In this document: piece by piece, positions 1 to 9,745 of the stretch
How the letters are laid out: every line of letters begins with the position of its first letter
How positions within the stretch are numbered: the first letter of the stretch is position 1
Source: Nostoc sp. DedSLP01
GTDB lineage: Bacteria; Cyanobacteriota; Cyanobacteriia; Cyanobacteriales; Nostocaceae
Direction of reading: 5' to 3'
Length of the DNA: 64,000 nucleotides
NCBI GenBank assembly: GCA_034530875.2
Contig: JAVRCJ020000015.1
Span: forward strand, 48,744-112,743
Notes under the pieces: generated by a model
What the model was told of the DNA's origin: nothing
What the model saw: only the letters and a program-made list of their open reading frames with translations
Databases searched by the model: none
Position numbers and translations under genes: made by a program

Positions 1-3000
1 ACGCTATTGACCGAATTGCTATGCTCACTCAGGGTTTTGATGGCTTTGCCCGTGCTGACATCCCAGAGTTTGATGGTGTTGTCAGCACTTGCAGAAGCCA
101 GTGTCTTGCTATCGGGGCTAAAGACTACGCTATTGACCGAATTGCTATGCTCACTCAGGGTTTTGATGGCTTTGCCCGTGCTGACATCCCAGAGTTTGAT
201 GGTCTTGTTATAACTGCCAGAAGCCAGTGTCTTGCTATCGGGGCTGAAGCCGACGCTAAAGACGGTACTGCTATGCCCTTCTAAGGTATTAACCTCGATC
301 GCTCGATTTTCTTTCTTCTCATTTGGCTTTAAATAAACCGCTTGCTGTAAAGTTAACACAGTGTGCATTAGAGTCTCACTTTCGTGCTGTGCCCAAAGTG
401 TATGCTTGAGTTTGCTACCTGCCCTTAAGGCTGTTATTAAAGCATCTGGATATTGTCCAGAGATAGCAAAGGCTTCCGAAGAATTATTGATGGCGTTAAT
501 TTGACTAACATTTGCCTCTACTGCCCACTGGAATGTTCCCGCAGCTAAAGCAGCAAATCCTAAACCTGCGGCGACGGAACCAAAAAGGGCGCGTCTCAGA
601 AACTTATTTAGTTTCGTCTCACTAATTTTTCTTTGTTCTCGTTCCTTTTCTAGTTCCGCCATTACCTGCTTTAACTTCGGTTCCTGTTGCTGGCGGATAA
701 ACCCGGCGATATAGTCGTGTACCAGTTGATAACGGTCAGCCGGATTTTCTGGTAACAAAACCACCAAGCCAGATTTGACAAGAATTTCTAAAATCAAATC
801 TAATTTGTTGATTTGAGAAGCTTGTTCCGCCCTAGCTTCCGATCCCCCCGCCTTCGGCGACCCCCTTAATAAGGGGGTAGAAAGAATAAAGCCCCCCTTT
901 TTAAGGGGGGTTGGGGGGATCTCCGAAAAATATGGCTGCAAATCTGCTTCCATCTCAGCACGAGTCTTAAGCGGGCGAGTTCCTTTTTCATCTGTCAGTA
1001 AATACAGTAATAATTCCGCCAACTGCTGATTTTCCACGCCGCAATCATTAACAACTTCATCCAAATAACGCTTAACCAATTCCCCCTTAGTACCGCGTTG
1101 CTGATATTCTGCCAGAGTTGTAATGTTCTCCGTTTGCAATTGCGCCCCGACAACCTGTAACTCAATGGGACGCACTTCACCCAATTCTGCGGCTAAATCT
1201 TGCACGAGTTGTTCGACTAAAGCATCTTCCAAGCGAAAACTAGTATTTTCAGTTAAACGCTGGATAATTGACTTGGCATCATCAGGCGAGAAGTTACCCA
1301 ACTTGTAAAGCACGTTATTACTGAGAATGTCATTGCCTATAATCTTCAGGCTGGGCAAATCATTGCACTCTAGCAAGTAATGGATGTAATCCACCCGCAG
1401 CGATAAGATAACTTTCAGCGATAAAACATTCAAACATTCTCCCAGAAACTCAAAGAATTGCTTCCTTTGCGCTGGTTCGGTGTAAATAAAGAAAAATTCC
1501 TCAAATTGATCGAAAATTAACACGGTGCGGAGGTTGCGCTGTTCGTTTTCTTTGAATCTGGATATTAAATATTGCGGAGTTCCGAGTTCTGAGGTTGAAA
1601 GTTGACCTTCTGAGGATGAACGTTGACCTTCTGAGGGTGAACGTTGACCTTCTGAGGATGAACGTTGACCTTCTGAGGGTGAACGTTGACCTTCTGAGGG
1701 TGAAAGTTGACCTTCTGAGGGTGAAAGTTGACCTTCTGAGGGTGAACGTTGACCTTCTGAGGGTGAACGTTGACCTTCTGAGGGTGAACGTTGACCTTCT
1801 GAGGGTGAACGTTGACCTTCTGAGGGTGAACGTTGACCTTCTGAGGGTGAACGTTGACCTTCTGAGGATGAAAGTTGACCTTCTGAGGGTGAACGTTGAC
1901 CTTCTGAGGGTGAACGTTGACCTTCTGAGGATGAAAGTTGACCTTCTGAGGATGAACGTTGAGGTTCTAACTCTCCCTCATCTCCCCATCTTCCCACCTC
2001 CCCATCTTCCCACCTCCCCAAAACCCGCCCCAACTCCTCCACCCAGTTGGTGTAAACGCGTATTGCTAGAGGTAAATTATCTTGAATACCTATTGCTTGA
2101 TTCTTTAAAGCTGGCACTAGTCCCGCATTTACTAAGGAACTTTTACCCACACCCGATTGCCCGTGAATTACTATCAACTTTTTATCTGGGCGGCCAATGC
2201 GTTCGATTAAGCGTTCCACATCCAATTGACGGCCAGATGCAGCGATTTCTGGGGCAATACTATCTTTATGATTAACGCGCAGCGGTGCAAGTCCTGTTGC
2301 TCCTAATTGTTTTGTCGCCTGTAATTTGCCAGCACCAATAAACGCCCGCAAACCAAATTGCTGTTCTACAGAACGTTGTTGCTGTTTAGTTTCATAAGCT
2401 TTCAAGTATGCTTTTTGCTCAAAGTAAAGCTTTTGCAAATGATAGAGAATATTGAGATAAAGCTTTAAATCTACTTGTGGGTTGCCGATATCTTTTGCAA
2501 TTTCTAAGTTCTGAATTGCCTGTTCATAGTCGCCTAAATGATATTGAGAACGAGCCAAAATATATCGATAGAGGCTCAAATCATTGAGTAGGGGTGCAAA
2601 GCTGTGCGCCTCTACAATTATCTCTACAAGATTTATGGCTTGTTGTGCAAATTTATTTGCTTCTAAGGAGCGTTCTTCAGCTAAAGCTACTTCAGCTAAA
2701 AAGCCGTAATCCTTGGCTAATTCTATTGATTGATTATCAGTCTGATGTATTTCTAATGCTTGTTCAGCAAGATTTTTTAAGCTTTTCCATTCTTGGAGAT
2801 CGCGCAGAATAATGCCAAATTTATATATAAATTTGGCAATTATTTTTTTATTTTGCCCAATTAAACGGATACATTGCTGAATATAATAGCGAGTTTCTTG
2901 CCAATCTTGATGGTTAATATCTGGAATTTTAAAAGCTTTTAAATAATAGCAAAAAGCAATATCGCCAAGAAGTTTTATTTGTTGTTCTGTATAATTAAGG

Positions 3001-3737
3001 TTTTTAAAGATTGATAAAGACAATTGATAATGTTCTAACGCGACATCGATTTGATTATTAACTTGTTTTACTAAACCCAGTAAAGATAATAAGTTGGCTT
3101 TAAGTTGCGGATTATTATCCTGTAATTCAACTGGTAAATCTCTTTGGGCTGCTGTTAATTCTGTTTCTAAAATTCTATACTCATCTAAATTGAAGTTGAG
3201 GGTATTATTAAAGTATTGTTCGGCTAGCTCTTGGAGTAAGTTGATTAAATCATCTTGAGCGATCGCAAAATTCCTCGTAGTAGCCCAACTCTCTAAATCT
3301 GGAGCCATTTGCATCAGTTGTTTGTAGATTTCATCGTCAATCCACAACACCAAGGGAAATGCAAAGTTCTTGCGGAACTCTTCCCGTACCTGATTAGCAG
3401 AAGTCAGCATCGCAGCTATATTTGGCACTGTCTCTAAACCCACAACCATCACGCAGCCTTGTAGGTTCTCGCCAAATTCTTCTCGAATGGCTGTATACAG
3501 AGTTCTCTGAGATTGCTGGACGACCAACAGCTGAATTTCGACTTGGCAGATTTCCCGCAATTTTTGGATCAGGCGATCGCGCTGTTTGGCATAATTACAT
3601 CGTGCCAAAATCAGCTTAAATTGTCCCACAGAAGATTCAATCGCCCAAGCTAATTGTTGCAAAGAGCGTAGGCTTAGCTCGTCGTAGACATCGTTGTTTA
3701 CAAGATTATCTTTCGGTGGATGTGGTGAGTCGGTCAT
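1..3737 (-). CDS. Large STAND-type NTPase: N-terminal domain, TPR-like region, nSTAND-like ATPase, TM helix and C-terminal WD40 repeats (runs off the left edge)
   Basis: Missing from the ORF track because it has no stop in the window. Manual translation from ATG 3737 (MTDSPHPPKD...) puts these motifs in one frame: Walker A GQSGVGKSS (2136-2162), Walker B LIFDQFEEFF (~1490-1520), YQLVHDY (~711-731), hydrophobic ALFGSVAAGLGFAALAAG, and WD40 repeats GHSSTVFSVGFSPDSKTLASGSYNKTIKLWD. Confidence 0.9.
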   Translation of the reverse strand, partial: MTDSPHPPKDNLVNNDVYDELSLRSLQQLAWAIESSVGQFKLILARCNYAKQRDRLIQKLREICQVEIQLLVVQQSQRTLYTAIREEFGENLQGCVMVVGLETVPNIAAMLTSANQVREEFRKNFAFPLVLWIDDEIYKQLMQMAPDLESWATTRNFAIAQDDLINLLQELAEQYFNNTLNFNLDEYRILETELTAAQRDLPVELQDNNPQLKANLLSLLGLVKQVNNQIDVALEHYQLSLSIFKNLNYTEQQIKLLGDIAFCYYLKAFKIPDINHQDWQETRYYIQQCIRLIGQNKKIIAKFIYKFGIILRDLQEWKSLKNLAEQALEIHQTDNQSIELAKDYGFLAEVALAEERSLEANKFAQQAINLVEIIVEAHSFAPLLNDLSLYRYILARSQYHLGDYEQAIQNLEIAKDIGNPQVDLKLYLNILYHLQKLYFEQKAYLKAYETKQQQRSVEQQFGLRAFIGAGKLQATKQLGATGLAPLRVNHKDSIAPEIAASGRQLDVERLIERIGRPDKKLIVIHGQSGVGKSSLVNAGLVPALKNQAIGIQDNLPLAIRVYTNWVEELGRVLGRWEDGEVGRWGDEGELEPQRSSSEGQLSSSEGQRSPSEGQRSPSEGQLSSSEGQRSPSEGQRSPSEGQRSPSEGQRSPSEGQRSPSEGQRSPSEGQLSPSEGQLSPSEGQRSPSEGQRSSSEGQRSPSEGQRSSSEGQLSTSELGTPQYLISRFKENEQRNLRTVLIFDQFEEFFFIYTEPAQRKQFFEFLGECLNVLSLKVILSLRVDYIHYLLECNDLPSLKIIGNDILSNNVLYKLGNFSPDDAKSIIQRLTENTSFRLEDALVEQLVQDLAAELGEVRPIELQVVGAQLQTENITTLAEYQQRGTKGELVKRYLDEVVNDCGVENQQLAELLLYLLTDEKGTRPLKTRAEMEADLQPYFSEIPPTPLKKGGFILSTPLLRGSPKAGGSEARAEQASQINKLDLILEILVKSGLVVLLPENPADRYQLVHDYIAGFIRQQQEPKLKQVMAELEKEREQRKISETKLNKFLRRALFGSVAAGLGFAALAAGTFQWAVEANVSQINAINNSSEAFAISGQYPDALITALRAGSKLKHTLWAQHESETLMHTVLTLQQAVYLKPNEKKENRAIEVNTLEGHSSTVFSVGFSPDSKTLASGSYNKTIKLWDVSTGKAIKTLSEHSNSVNSVVFSPDSKTLASASADNTIKLWDVSTGKAIKTLSEHSNSVNS
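841..921. repeat. Palindromic cyanobacterial short dispersed repeat inserted in-frame in the STAND gene
   Basis: GATCCCCCC...CCCCCTTAATAAGGGGG...CCCCCCTTTTTAAGGGGGGTTGGGGGGATC, read as IPPTPLKKGGFILSTPLLRGSPKAGGS. Confidence 0.75.
1587..1963. repeat. 21-bp tandem repeat (17 full copies plus partial flanks), in-frame as (SPSEGQR)n in the STAND gene
   Basis: Unit GTGAACGTTGACCTTCTGAGG with minor variants; 17 units run from 1595 to 1951. Confidence 0.97.
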
Positions 3738-3777
3738 ACCAATTTTGGATTTTGGATTATAAAGAACCAGGGGTAAG

Positions 3778-3845
3778 AAAAAATTGAGGTTTTGAAACCT
3801 ACGGAGGTAGGTTTTGCCTGTGTAGCTGCGGTTTCTAACCGCCCA
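3778..3845. repeat. REP-like dispersed element, homologous to the inside of the MITE at 62962-63140
   Basis: AAACCTACGGAGGTAGGTTTTGCCTGTGTAGCTGCGGTTTCTAACCGCCC resembles the reverse complement of ~62995-63053 (AAACCCACGCAGGTGGGTTTCGTCTGTATAGCCGCGATTTACAATCACCC). Confidence 0.7.
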
Positions 3846-3914
3846 TTTCGAGTTAATTTGACTTAAACAAACTTCAGATGCTTTTATGGGAAAAGGTAAA
3901 CACATATTTCATCT

Positions 3915-4232
3915 ATGAATCTTCAAGCCGTCTCCAATTTAAATAAAATGTCTTTTCATGTTCTGGTTGAACAAGTTGAGTCAGGCTATTTTAGAGCATC
4001 AGTGCCGGAGTTGGCAGATTGTGTTGCCGAAGCTGAAACCCGTGAGGTAGCGATCGCGGCTGTACAGGAGAAGGTCAAAGTAAGACTGGCGAATATTGAG
4101 GTTTTGACGCTAGAAGTTGCAAATAATCCCTGGACAGAATTTATTGGAATGTTTGAGGGAGATCGAGAGTTTGCGGATCTGGCGGCAGAACTGCGGATGG
4201 AACGTGAATTAGATATAAATGGCGCTGCATGA
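3915..4232 (+). CDS. HicB-like antitoxin-family protein (start may be ATG 3948)
   Basis: HicB-like N-terminus VEQVESGYFRASVPELADCVAEAETREVAI, an acidic C-terminus, and an ATGA overlap with the PIN gene. Confidence 0.75.
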   Translation: MNLQAVSNLNKMSFHVLVEQVESGYFRASVPELADCVAEAETREVAIAAVQEKVKVRLANIEVLTLEVANNPWTEFIGMFEGDREFADLAAELRMERELDINGAA

Positions 4233-4660
4233 GTCTTTGGTTGTTAGATACAGATCATGTGTCGCTGTTATTAGAGCGTCATCCACAGGTGAGCCGTAGG
4301 GTAGCTCACCAGGGGGCTGAGGTTGCAATTTCCATTGTGACGGTTCAGGAATTGTTTAATGGTTGGGTCGTGCGAATAAATGGTGCGCGAGAGGTTGAAG
4401 ATGTTGTGCGGTTTTATGGAAAGTTGAGCCGGACAGTTGCTCTATTCGGACGAGTAAGGGTGCTAGACTTTGATGGAAAAGCTGGCGAAAGGTTTCAGCG
4501 ATTGCTAACAGAAAACCCAACGTTATCGAAACAGCGATTACAGAAGGATATGCGAATTGCTGCAATTGGCTTAGTGAATGATGCATTTGTGGTGACGCGA
4601 AACTATCGAGATTTTTCTCAAGTACCAGGGTTAAATATTGAAGATTGGTCGCAGCCCTAA
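4229..4660 (+). CDS. vapC: PIN-domain VapC-family toxin
   Basis: PIN motifs WLLDTDHVS, TVQEL, DMRIAAI and VVTRNYRDF. Confidence 0.9.
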   Translation: MSLWLLDTDHVSLLLERHPQVSRRVAHQGAEVAISIVTVQELFNGWVVRINGAREVEDVVRFYGKLSRTVALFGRVRVLDFDGKAGERFQRLLTENPTLSKQRLQKDMRIAAIGLVNDAFVVTRNYRDFSQVPGLNIEDWSQP

Positions 4661-4664
4661 TTCC

Positions 4665-6005
4665 TCACTGCAACTCCCTTGCTTCTGCCAAAATCGGATT
4701 AACATCGAACCAAGATTCCCCGCTATCCCGGTATTCAAAGACAAAGCGACTGCGAATTAATTTTTGGTATCCTTGGTCATCGCTGACTTTTTTGTTTTGC
4801 TTAACGTGTCGTAGCAATTGCCATTCGTCATCGGCAATGGGCATCATCATTTCGTTTCGGCGGGCGCGCACAACTTGGTCTAAAGTTTCACGGGAAAGGG
4901 GAAGCGCCATTTCCTCCATAATCCAAGTGTTCAGCAGTCTGAGCAAGTCTCGCACATGACCGCCACTCAATCTACACAAGCGGTCTAGGGAAGCGGCATT
5001 ATCAAAAATTTCAGTAATCTGATTCAAGCGCTCATCTGCTGGCAAGTTAGGAAAGGCTCTTGCTAGCACCATCTGTTTCATGAGTGCCATTCCCTGTTCG
5101 TGAATGCTGCCATCAGGCCATTGCACTGGCACCATCGGTAATACTTTGGGGTCTTCGGGGAATCGCTGGGTCAGCATTCCGTAATCGTTGGAAAATTTCA
5201 AAGAGAGGGGCATGGTGTAAATCAAATGACAATTAAGCTTTGTCAAAAATTCACCCTGGTCTACAAATAAGTATTCCTGCTGCGGACGACCCCAAGCTTT
5301 GGCGCGATTATCAATGCGATCGAGGTTATCTACAATTACCACCAGACCTTGTTTACCCTGCTGTTTTAGTTTAGCGATCGCTGTTTCCAATAATTCCCGA
5401 TTAATCGCTTCTAATAAGGTCGTTTTCTGCGGCGCTAAATATTGATTGAGTTTTGTGCGTAATGTCGGGTCGCTTTTCATCTTGGTGGTGATTTCACCAA
5501 TACCAAAAGCCAAAGACAACTTTTCTTGGTCAACACCAACATCGACACCACCAAACTTGACTTTTGCTCCAGTGACTTCCGAGTTTAAGACCTTCCACGC
5601 ACCTTGGAGTAAATCGTTAAATTTGCTGCTTTCCTCTAGTGTAATTTTATCCAGGCTTTGACTGACACGACGAGCGATCGCCAGTAGCACATCAGCGATA
5701 TCCACATCAGTCATTTCCAGGTCTTCGCTAGACTCAAAATACACCACGTGAAACCCTGATTTTTCTAGTTCTGCCTGTAACCTCAGTAGTTCTGTTGATT
5801 TCCCACAGCCAATATGCCCAGTAAATAAAGTGCATGTAGGCTCATTCGGCTTAAAGAAAGTAATTTTTTGCTTGAGTTTACCGATAATATCTCCACCCCG
5901 TACCGCAGAAAAATCAATGTAGTATTTTACATCTGACAGATTGTTGACGAACAGGGTTCGACTGGGGTCAGTAGCCTGAAAAAATGCTCGTAAATCTAGG
6001 GACAT
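4665..6005 (-). CDS. P-loop ATPase, probable partner of the STAND/WD40 gene
   Basis: Walker A GHIGCGKST, Walker B VIVDNLDR, and SGGHVRDLL. Confidence 0.85.
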   Translation of the reverse strand: MSLDLRAFFQATDPSRTLFVNNLSDVKYYIDFSAVRGGDIIGKLKQKITFFKPNEPTCTLFTGHIGCGKSTELLRLQAELEKSGFHVVYFESSEDLEMTDVDIADVLLAIARRVSQSLDKITLEESSKFNDLLQGAWKVLNSEVTGAKVKFGGVDVGVDQEKLSLAFGIGEITTKMKSDPTLRTKLNQYLAPQKTTLLEAINRELLETAIAKLKQQGKQGLVVIVDNLDRIDNRAKAWGRPQQEYLFVDQGEFLTKLNCHLIYTMPLSLKFSNDYGMLTQRFPEDPKVLPMVPVQWPDGSIHEQGMALMKQMVLARAFPNLPADERLNQITEIFDNAASLDRLCRLSGGHVRDLLRLLNTWIMEEMALPLSRETLDQVVRARRNEMMMPIADDEWQLLRHVKQNKKVSDDQGYQKLIRSRFVFEYRDSGESWFDVNPILAEARELQ

Positions 6006-6770
6006 GAGGCTGGTAAATATGATTATCTTTTATAACTTAGATATCCTTGAACACAAGAATAAAGTTACTTACAGCATTTGAGATGAATATTTCAGATAAT
6101 TTTCCGTTTAGTTAAACTAATCCCTCTGAGGAATAAGGCAGATGAGGGAGAATAATTTTGTAGAAGCTGCTTATTTTCTGCTTGGTTAGTTAAGACAGAC
6201 TCAATAAATCTTTATGACTAACTTGGATTACGTCACAAATCGTAATCTCCAACAGATTCTTCCACTTATATTTCCAAATACTTAAATAAACTTCTGCAAA
6301 AAACTTCAGCAACGCCTGCGTTAAGCTGTATTAACCCAGAAATTAGCTTAGATTTCTAGCATCCAATAGCCAAATATCGTCCTAAAACCTAGCATTTATC
6401 AGCGTTTCTGCTCCATCCCCCCATCTGGCTTACCTTCTTTACTGCCCTGCTTTATCGTCCTCTGTTTCCCTCATGACTAGGGTTTTCACTAAGTATTTTT
6501 TCCTACTTTTGGGGTTGTTTTTAGTGAAACCAGTACCCTAAAACTACAAAAAATCCTGAAATCTATATAAATTAATGGTTTCATCTATCCACATCAGGCT
6601 ACAACACCTTAGAATGATTCATTGAAAAGTCGAGCCGATGGGATGTACAGCCGTTTTGAGTAGATATACTCCCAAAGGATGATTTTTGTATTTCTAACAA
6701 CAGAGATTTAGGTACAGATGTATCAACATACATCCGTAAAAAAATCTCAAGTAAACCTCAGGAGTTTGAC

Positions 6771-7055
6771 ATGAATAAAGGTGAATTAGTTGATGCCGTA
6801 GCTGAAAAAGCTAGTGTTACCAAGAAACAAGCCGATGCAGTTCTAACAGCTGCACTGGAAACGATTATTGAGGCGGTTTCCTCTGGCGATAAAGTAACGT
6901 TGGTGGGATTTGGCTCTTTTGAATCACGGGAACGTAAAGCTCGTGAAGGTCGCAACCCGAAAACAAATGAAAAAATGGAAATTCCTGCGACTAAAGTGCC
7001 TGCCTTCTCAGCTGGGAAGCTATTTAGAGAAAGGGTAGCACCCCCAAAATCATAG
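6771..7055 (+). CDS. hup: DNA-binding protein HU
   Basis: MNKGELVDAVA...GFGSFE...REGRNPKT, with a CAGGAG RBS. Confidence 0.97.
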   Translation: MNKGELVDAVAEKASVTKKQADAVLTAALETIIEAVSSGDKVTLVGFGSFESRERKAREGRNPKTNEKMEIPATKVPAFSAGKLFRERVAPPKS

Positions 7056-7081
7056 GCTCTGTTTCCGGAAACCTTTTTTTG

Positions 7082-8203
7082 ATGCGGCAACCAGCACACG
7101 GGGGAAATTTAGCCTGGGCAGCAGCACTGGCTGGCTGTCCCCCTGATGCTATTCTGGATTTTTCTGCTAGCATTAGCCCCTTGGGACCGCCAAACAGCGC
7201 GATCGCTGCTATAGTGTCCCAAATCGGTAATATTAAGCACTATCCAGACCCGAGCTATAGTGAACTGAGACTAGCTCTCAGTCACTTCCATAAACTGCCG
7301 CCTGAGTGGATTCTGCCGGGTAATGGCTCAGCAGAATTACTTACTTTGATAGGTAAAGAATTATCAGAATTAGCGGCAACAATTTTAATCACTCCAGCCT
7401 TTGGCGACTACTACCGTACCTTGGCAGCGTGTAAAGCTAAAGTGCTGGAGTCTCCCTTGATAAGCGCTCAACAAGGAGCGATGAGTGCTGAGTTGGTAAT
7501 TTCACTTGGCGCTCAACATTTAACGCCCAGCGCTGACTGTGGACTACTGCTAAACAACCCGCATAATCCAACAGGTAAGCTATTTTCGCGGCAGTCGATT
7601 TTGCCCTACCTAGAGCAGTTTGCTTTGGTAGTGGTAGATGAAGCGTTTATGGATTTTGTGCCACCCGACGAAGACCAAAGCTTAATTCCGGTGGTGGAGA
7701 AATATGCGAATTTAGTAATATTGCGATCGCTGACCAAATTTTACAGTCTCCCAGGGCTGCGACTGGGATATGCGATCGCTCACCCCGACTGTTTAGCTAA
7801 ATGGCAGCTATGGCGCGACCCTTGGCCTGTAAACACCCTAGCGGCGGCGGCGGCAATGGCGGCACTCCAGGATAAAGAATTTCAACAGCAAACCTGGACA
7901 TGGCTACCACCTACACGAAACCAACTGTTTCAGGGTTTAGCTGAAATTCCAGGATTGCAACCCCAAGCAAGTGCTGTTAACTTTTTACTGGTTGAGTCTG
8001 AAAAATCTACTTCCGAGTTACAGCAAGAATTACTCAAGCACCATCAGATTTTAATCCGCGATTGCCTTAGCTTTAAAGAACTAGGCGATCGCTTTTTCCG
8101 GGTTGCTGTACGTCAAGAGTGCGATAATCAACGCCTTATCGCGGCGCTGAGTGGGGAGATGGGGAGTAGAGAGGGAGAGGGAGCAGGGGAGGCAGAGGAT
8201 TAA
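7082..8203 (+). CDS. cobD: Threonine-phosphate decarboxylase
   Basis: HGGN, DFSASISPLG, GNGSAEL, NPHNPTG, DEAFMDF and SLTKFYSLPGLRLG. Confidence 0.9.
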   Translation: MRQPAHGGNLAWAAALAGCPPDAILDFSASISPLGPPNSAIAAIVSQIGNIKHYPDPSYSELRLALSHFHKLPPEWILPGNGSAELLTLIGKELSELAATILITPAFGDYYRTLAACKAKVLESPLISAQQGAMSAELVISLGAQHLTPSADCGLLLNNPHNPTGKLFSRQSILPYLEQFALVVVDEAFMDFVPPDEDQSLIPVVEKYANLVILRSLTKFYSLPGLRLGYAIAHPDCLAKWQLWRDPWPVNTLAAAAAMAALQDKEFQQQTWTWLPPTRNQLFQGLAEIPGLQPQASAVNFLLVESEKSTSELQQELLKHHQILIRDCLSFKELGDRFFRVAVRQECDNQRLIAALSGEMGSREGEGAGEAED

Positions 8204-8258
8204 TAACTAATGACTAATGACTAATGACCAATGACCAATGACTAATGATTATTGACAA

Positions 8259-9713
8259 ATGACTATTGATTACGACGTCGTAATTATTGGTGGCAGTCTT
8301 GCAGGATACTACGCTGCCCTTGCTGCCGCGGAGCTACGTGCTACTGTTGCTTTGGTACAACCCAAACCAGACTACAGGTTTATTCATCATCACGCTTTAA
8401 GCGAAATTGGTAAACTAGCACAAAAATTGAGTAATACCACTGGTTTTGGTATTCATGCCACACACACTCAAACCTCAGAAAAATGCCATATATCTCTAGC
8501 ATGGCAGGAAGCGATGCTATATGCTCAAGGCGTCGCTTCAAATCTGGAAGAACAATATTCTCCCGCTATCCTAGCCGCGCTGGGAGTCGATATCATTGTT
8601 GGCGCTGGGCAATTCCAACCCTCGCCTCAACTGAGTTTTGTTGTTAACAATCGCTTATTACGCGCGCGTACCTATTTATTGGCTAATGGTTCGCGTCCGC
8701 AAATTCCAGAAATTGAGGGATTAGAAGCTACAGGCTATCTGACCTTAGCTAATATTTGGCAATCCTTAAATAAAGTGCCTTTACCCAAAAATTGGGTAAT
8801 TATTGGCGGAATTCCCCAAAGTATTGAAATCGCTCAAACTTTAGCGCGTTTTGGTTGCAGTGTGACCCTGGTAGCCAAGTCTCCTTACCTTTTACCTCAT
8901 ATTGACCCTGAAATAGCCATACTGCTGCAAGCACAGTTGGAAGTCGAAGGTGTGCGCGTCCTCACCGAAAAACCAGTGACTCAAGTCAGGCGAATTGATA
9001 ATAAAAAGTGGCTTCAGGCGGGAGATAAAGCTATTGAAACTGATGAAATTTTAGTGGCGACTGGACAACAGCCAAATCTTGAATCTCTAAATTTGGCAAC
9101 GGTAGGCGTGAAATGGCACGGACGTCGTTTGGTGGTGAATGAGAAACTACAAACTACTAATCACCGAATTTACGCTTGTGGTGATGTAATTGGTGGTTAC
9201 AGTTTTACGAATCTCGCTAATTATGAAGCAAAAATCGCTCTGAAAAATGCACTCTTTTTCCCAAGATTACGAGTAAATTACCGTTACATTCCTTGGGGAA
9301 TATTTTCAGTGCCGATGATGGCGCAAGTGGGTTTGACTGAAGCACAGGCAAAAAAACAATTTCGTCCAGACCGAGTTTTAGTTTTGCGACAGTATTTGAA
9401 AACAGTTGCAGCAGCACAACTCCAGGATGAAACCACTGGTATGTGTAAATTGATTGTGCTACGCAATGGCGAAATTTTGGGAGCTTCGATATTGGGTGCC
9501 GAAGCTGGAGAATTAATTAATCTGATTGCTTTGGCAATGTCGGAAAAAATTAAAGTTCAAGATTTAGCAAATTTCTCTCCTCTCTATCCCAGTTTCTCAG
9601 AGATTATCGAACAAATTGTCAGAGAGTGGAATAAACAAAATTTAAATAGCAATATTGCTTTGCAAGAATTTCTAGAAGGGTTCTTCCATTTTCGTCGCAA
9701 TTGGAATTTGTAA
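8259..9713 (+). CDS. Pyridine nucleotide-disulfide oxidoreductase family protein (MerA/Lpd-like, degenerate active site)
   Basis: YDVVIIGG, IYACGD, AQVGLTEAQA and ILGASILG; no CxxxxC motif. Confidence 0.8.
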   Translation: MTIDYDVVIIGGSLAGYYAALAAAELRATVALVQPKPDYRFIHHHALSEIGKLAQKLSNTTGFGIHATHTQTSEKCHISLAWQEAMLYAQGVASNLEEQYSPAILAALGVDIIVGAGQFQPSPQLSFVVNNRLLRARTYLLANGSRPQIPEIEGLEATGYLTLANIWQSLNKVPLPKNWVIIGGIPQSIEIAQTLARFGCSVTLVAKSPYLLPHIDPEIAILLQAQLEVEGVRVLTEKPVTQVRRIDNKKWLQAGDKAIETDEILVATGQQPNLESLNLATVGVKWHGRRLVVNEKLQTTNHRIYACGDVIGGYSFTNLANYEAKIALKNALFFPRLRVNYRYIPWGIFSVPMMAQVGLTEAQAKKQFRPDRVLVLRQYLKTVAAAQLQDETTGMCKLIVLRNGEILGASILGAEAGELINLIALAMSEKIKVQDLANFSPLYPSFSEIIEQIVREWNKQNLNSNIALQEFLEGFFHFRRNWNL

Positions 9714-9745
9714 ATTAGTCATTAGTCATTGGTGAGAATTTGTAA

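Noticed and set aside
7..284. Two short repetitive + strand ORFs
   Set aside because: They are antisense shadows of the WD40 repeats.
1587..1963. CRISPR array
   Set aside because: Head-to-tail 21-mers with no unique spacers and no cas genes in the window; the same applies to 63236-63366.
1595..2275. 226-aa + strand ORF (VNVDLLR)n as a standalone gene
   Set aside because: It lies antisense to the STAND NTPase, whose Walker motifs flank the repeat in frame; the open frame is explained by the repeat itself.
8259..9713. merA or lpdA assignment
   Set aside because: The redox-active CxxxxC and the C-terminal catalytic residues are absent.
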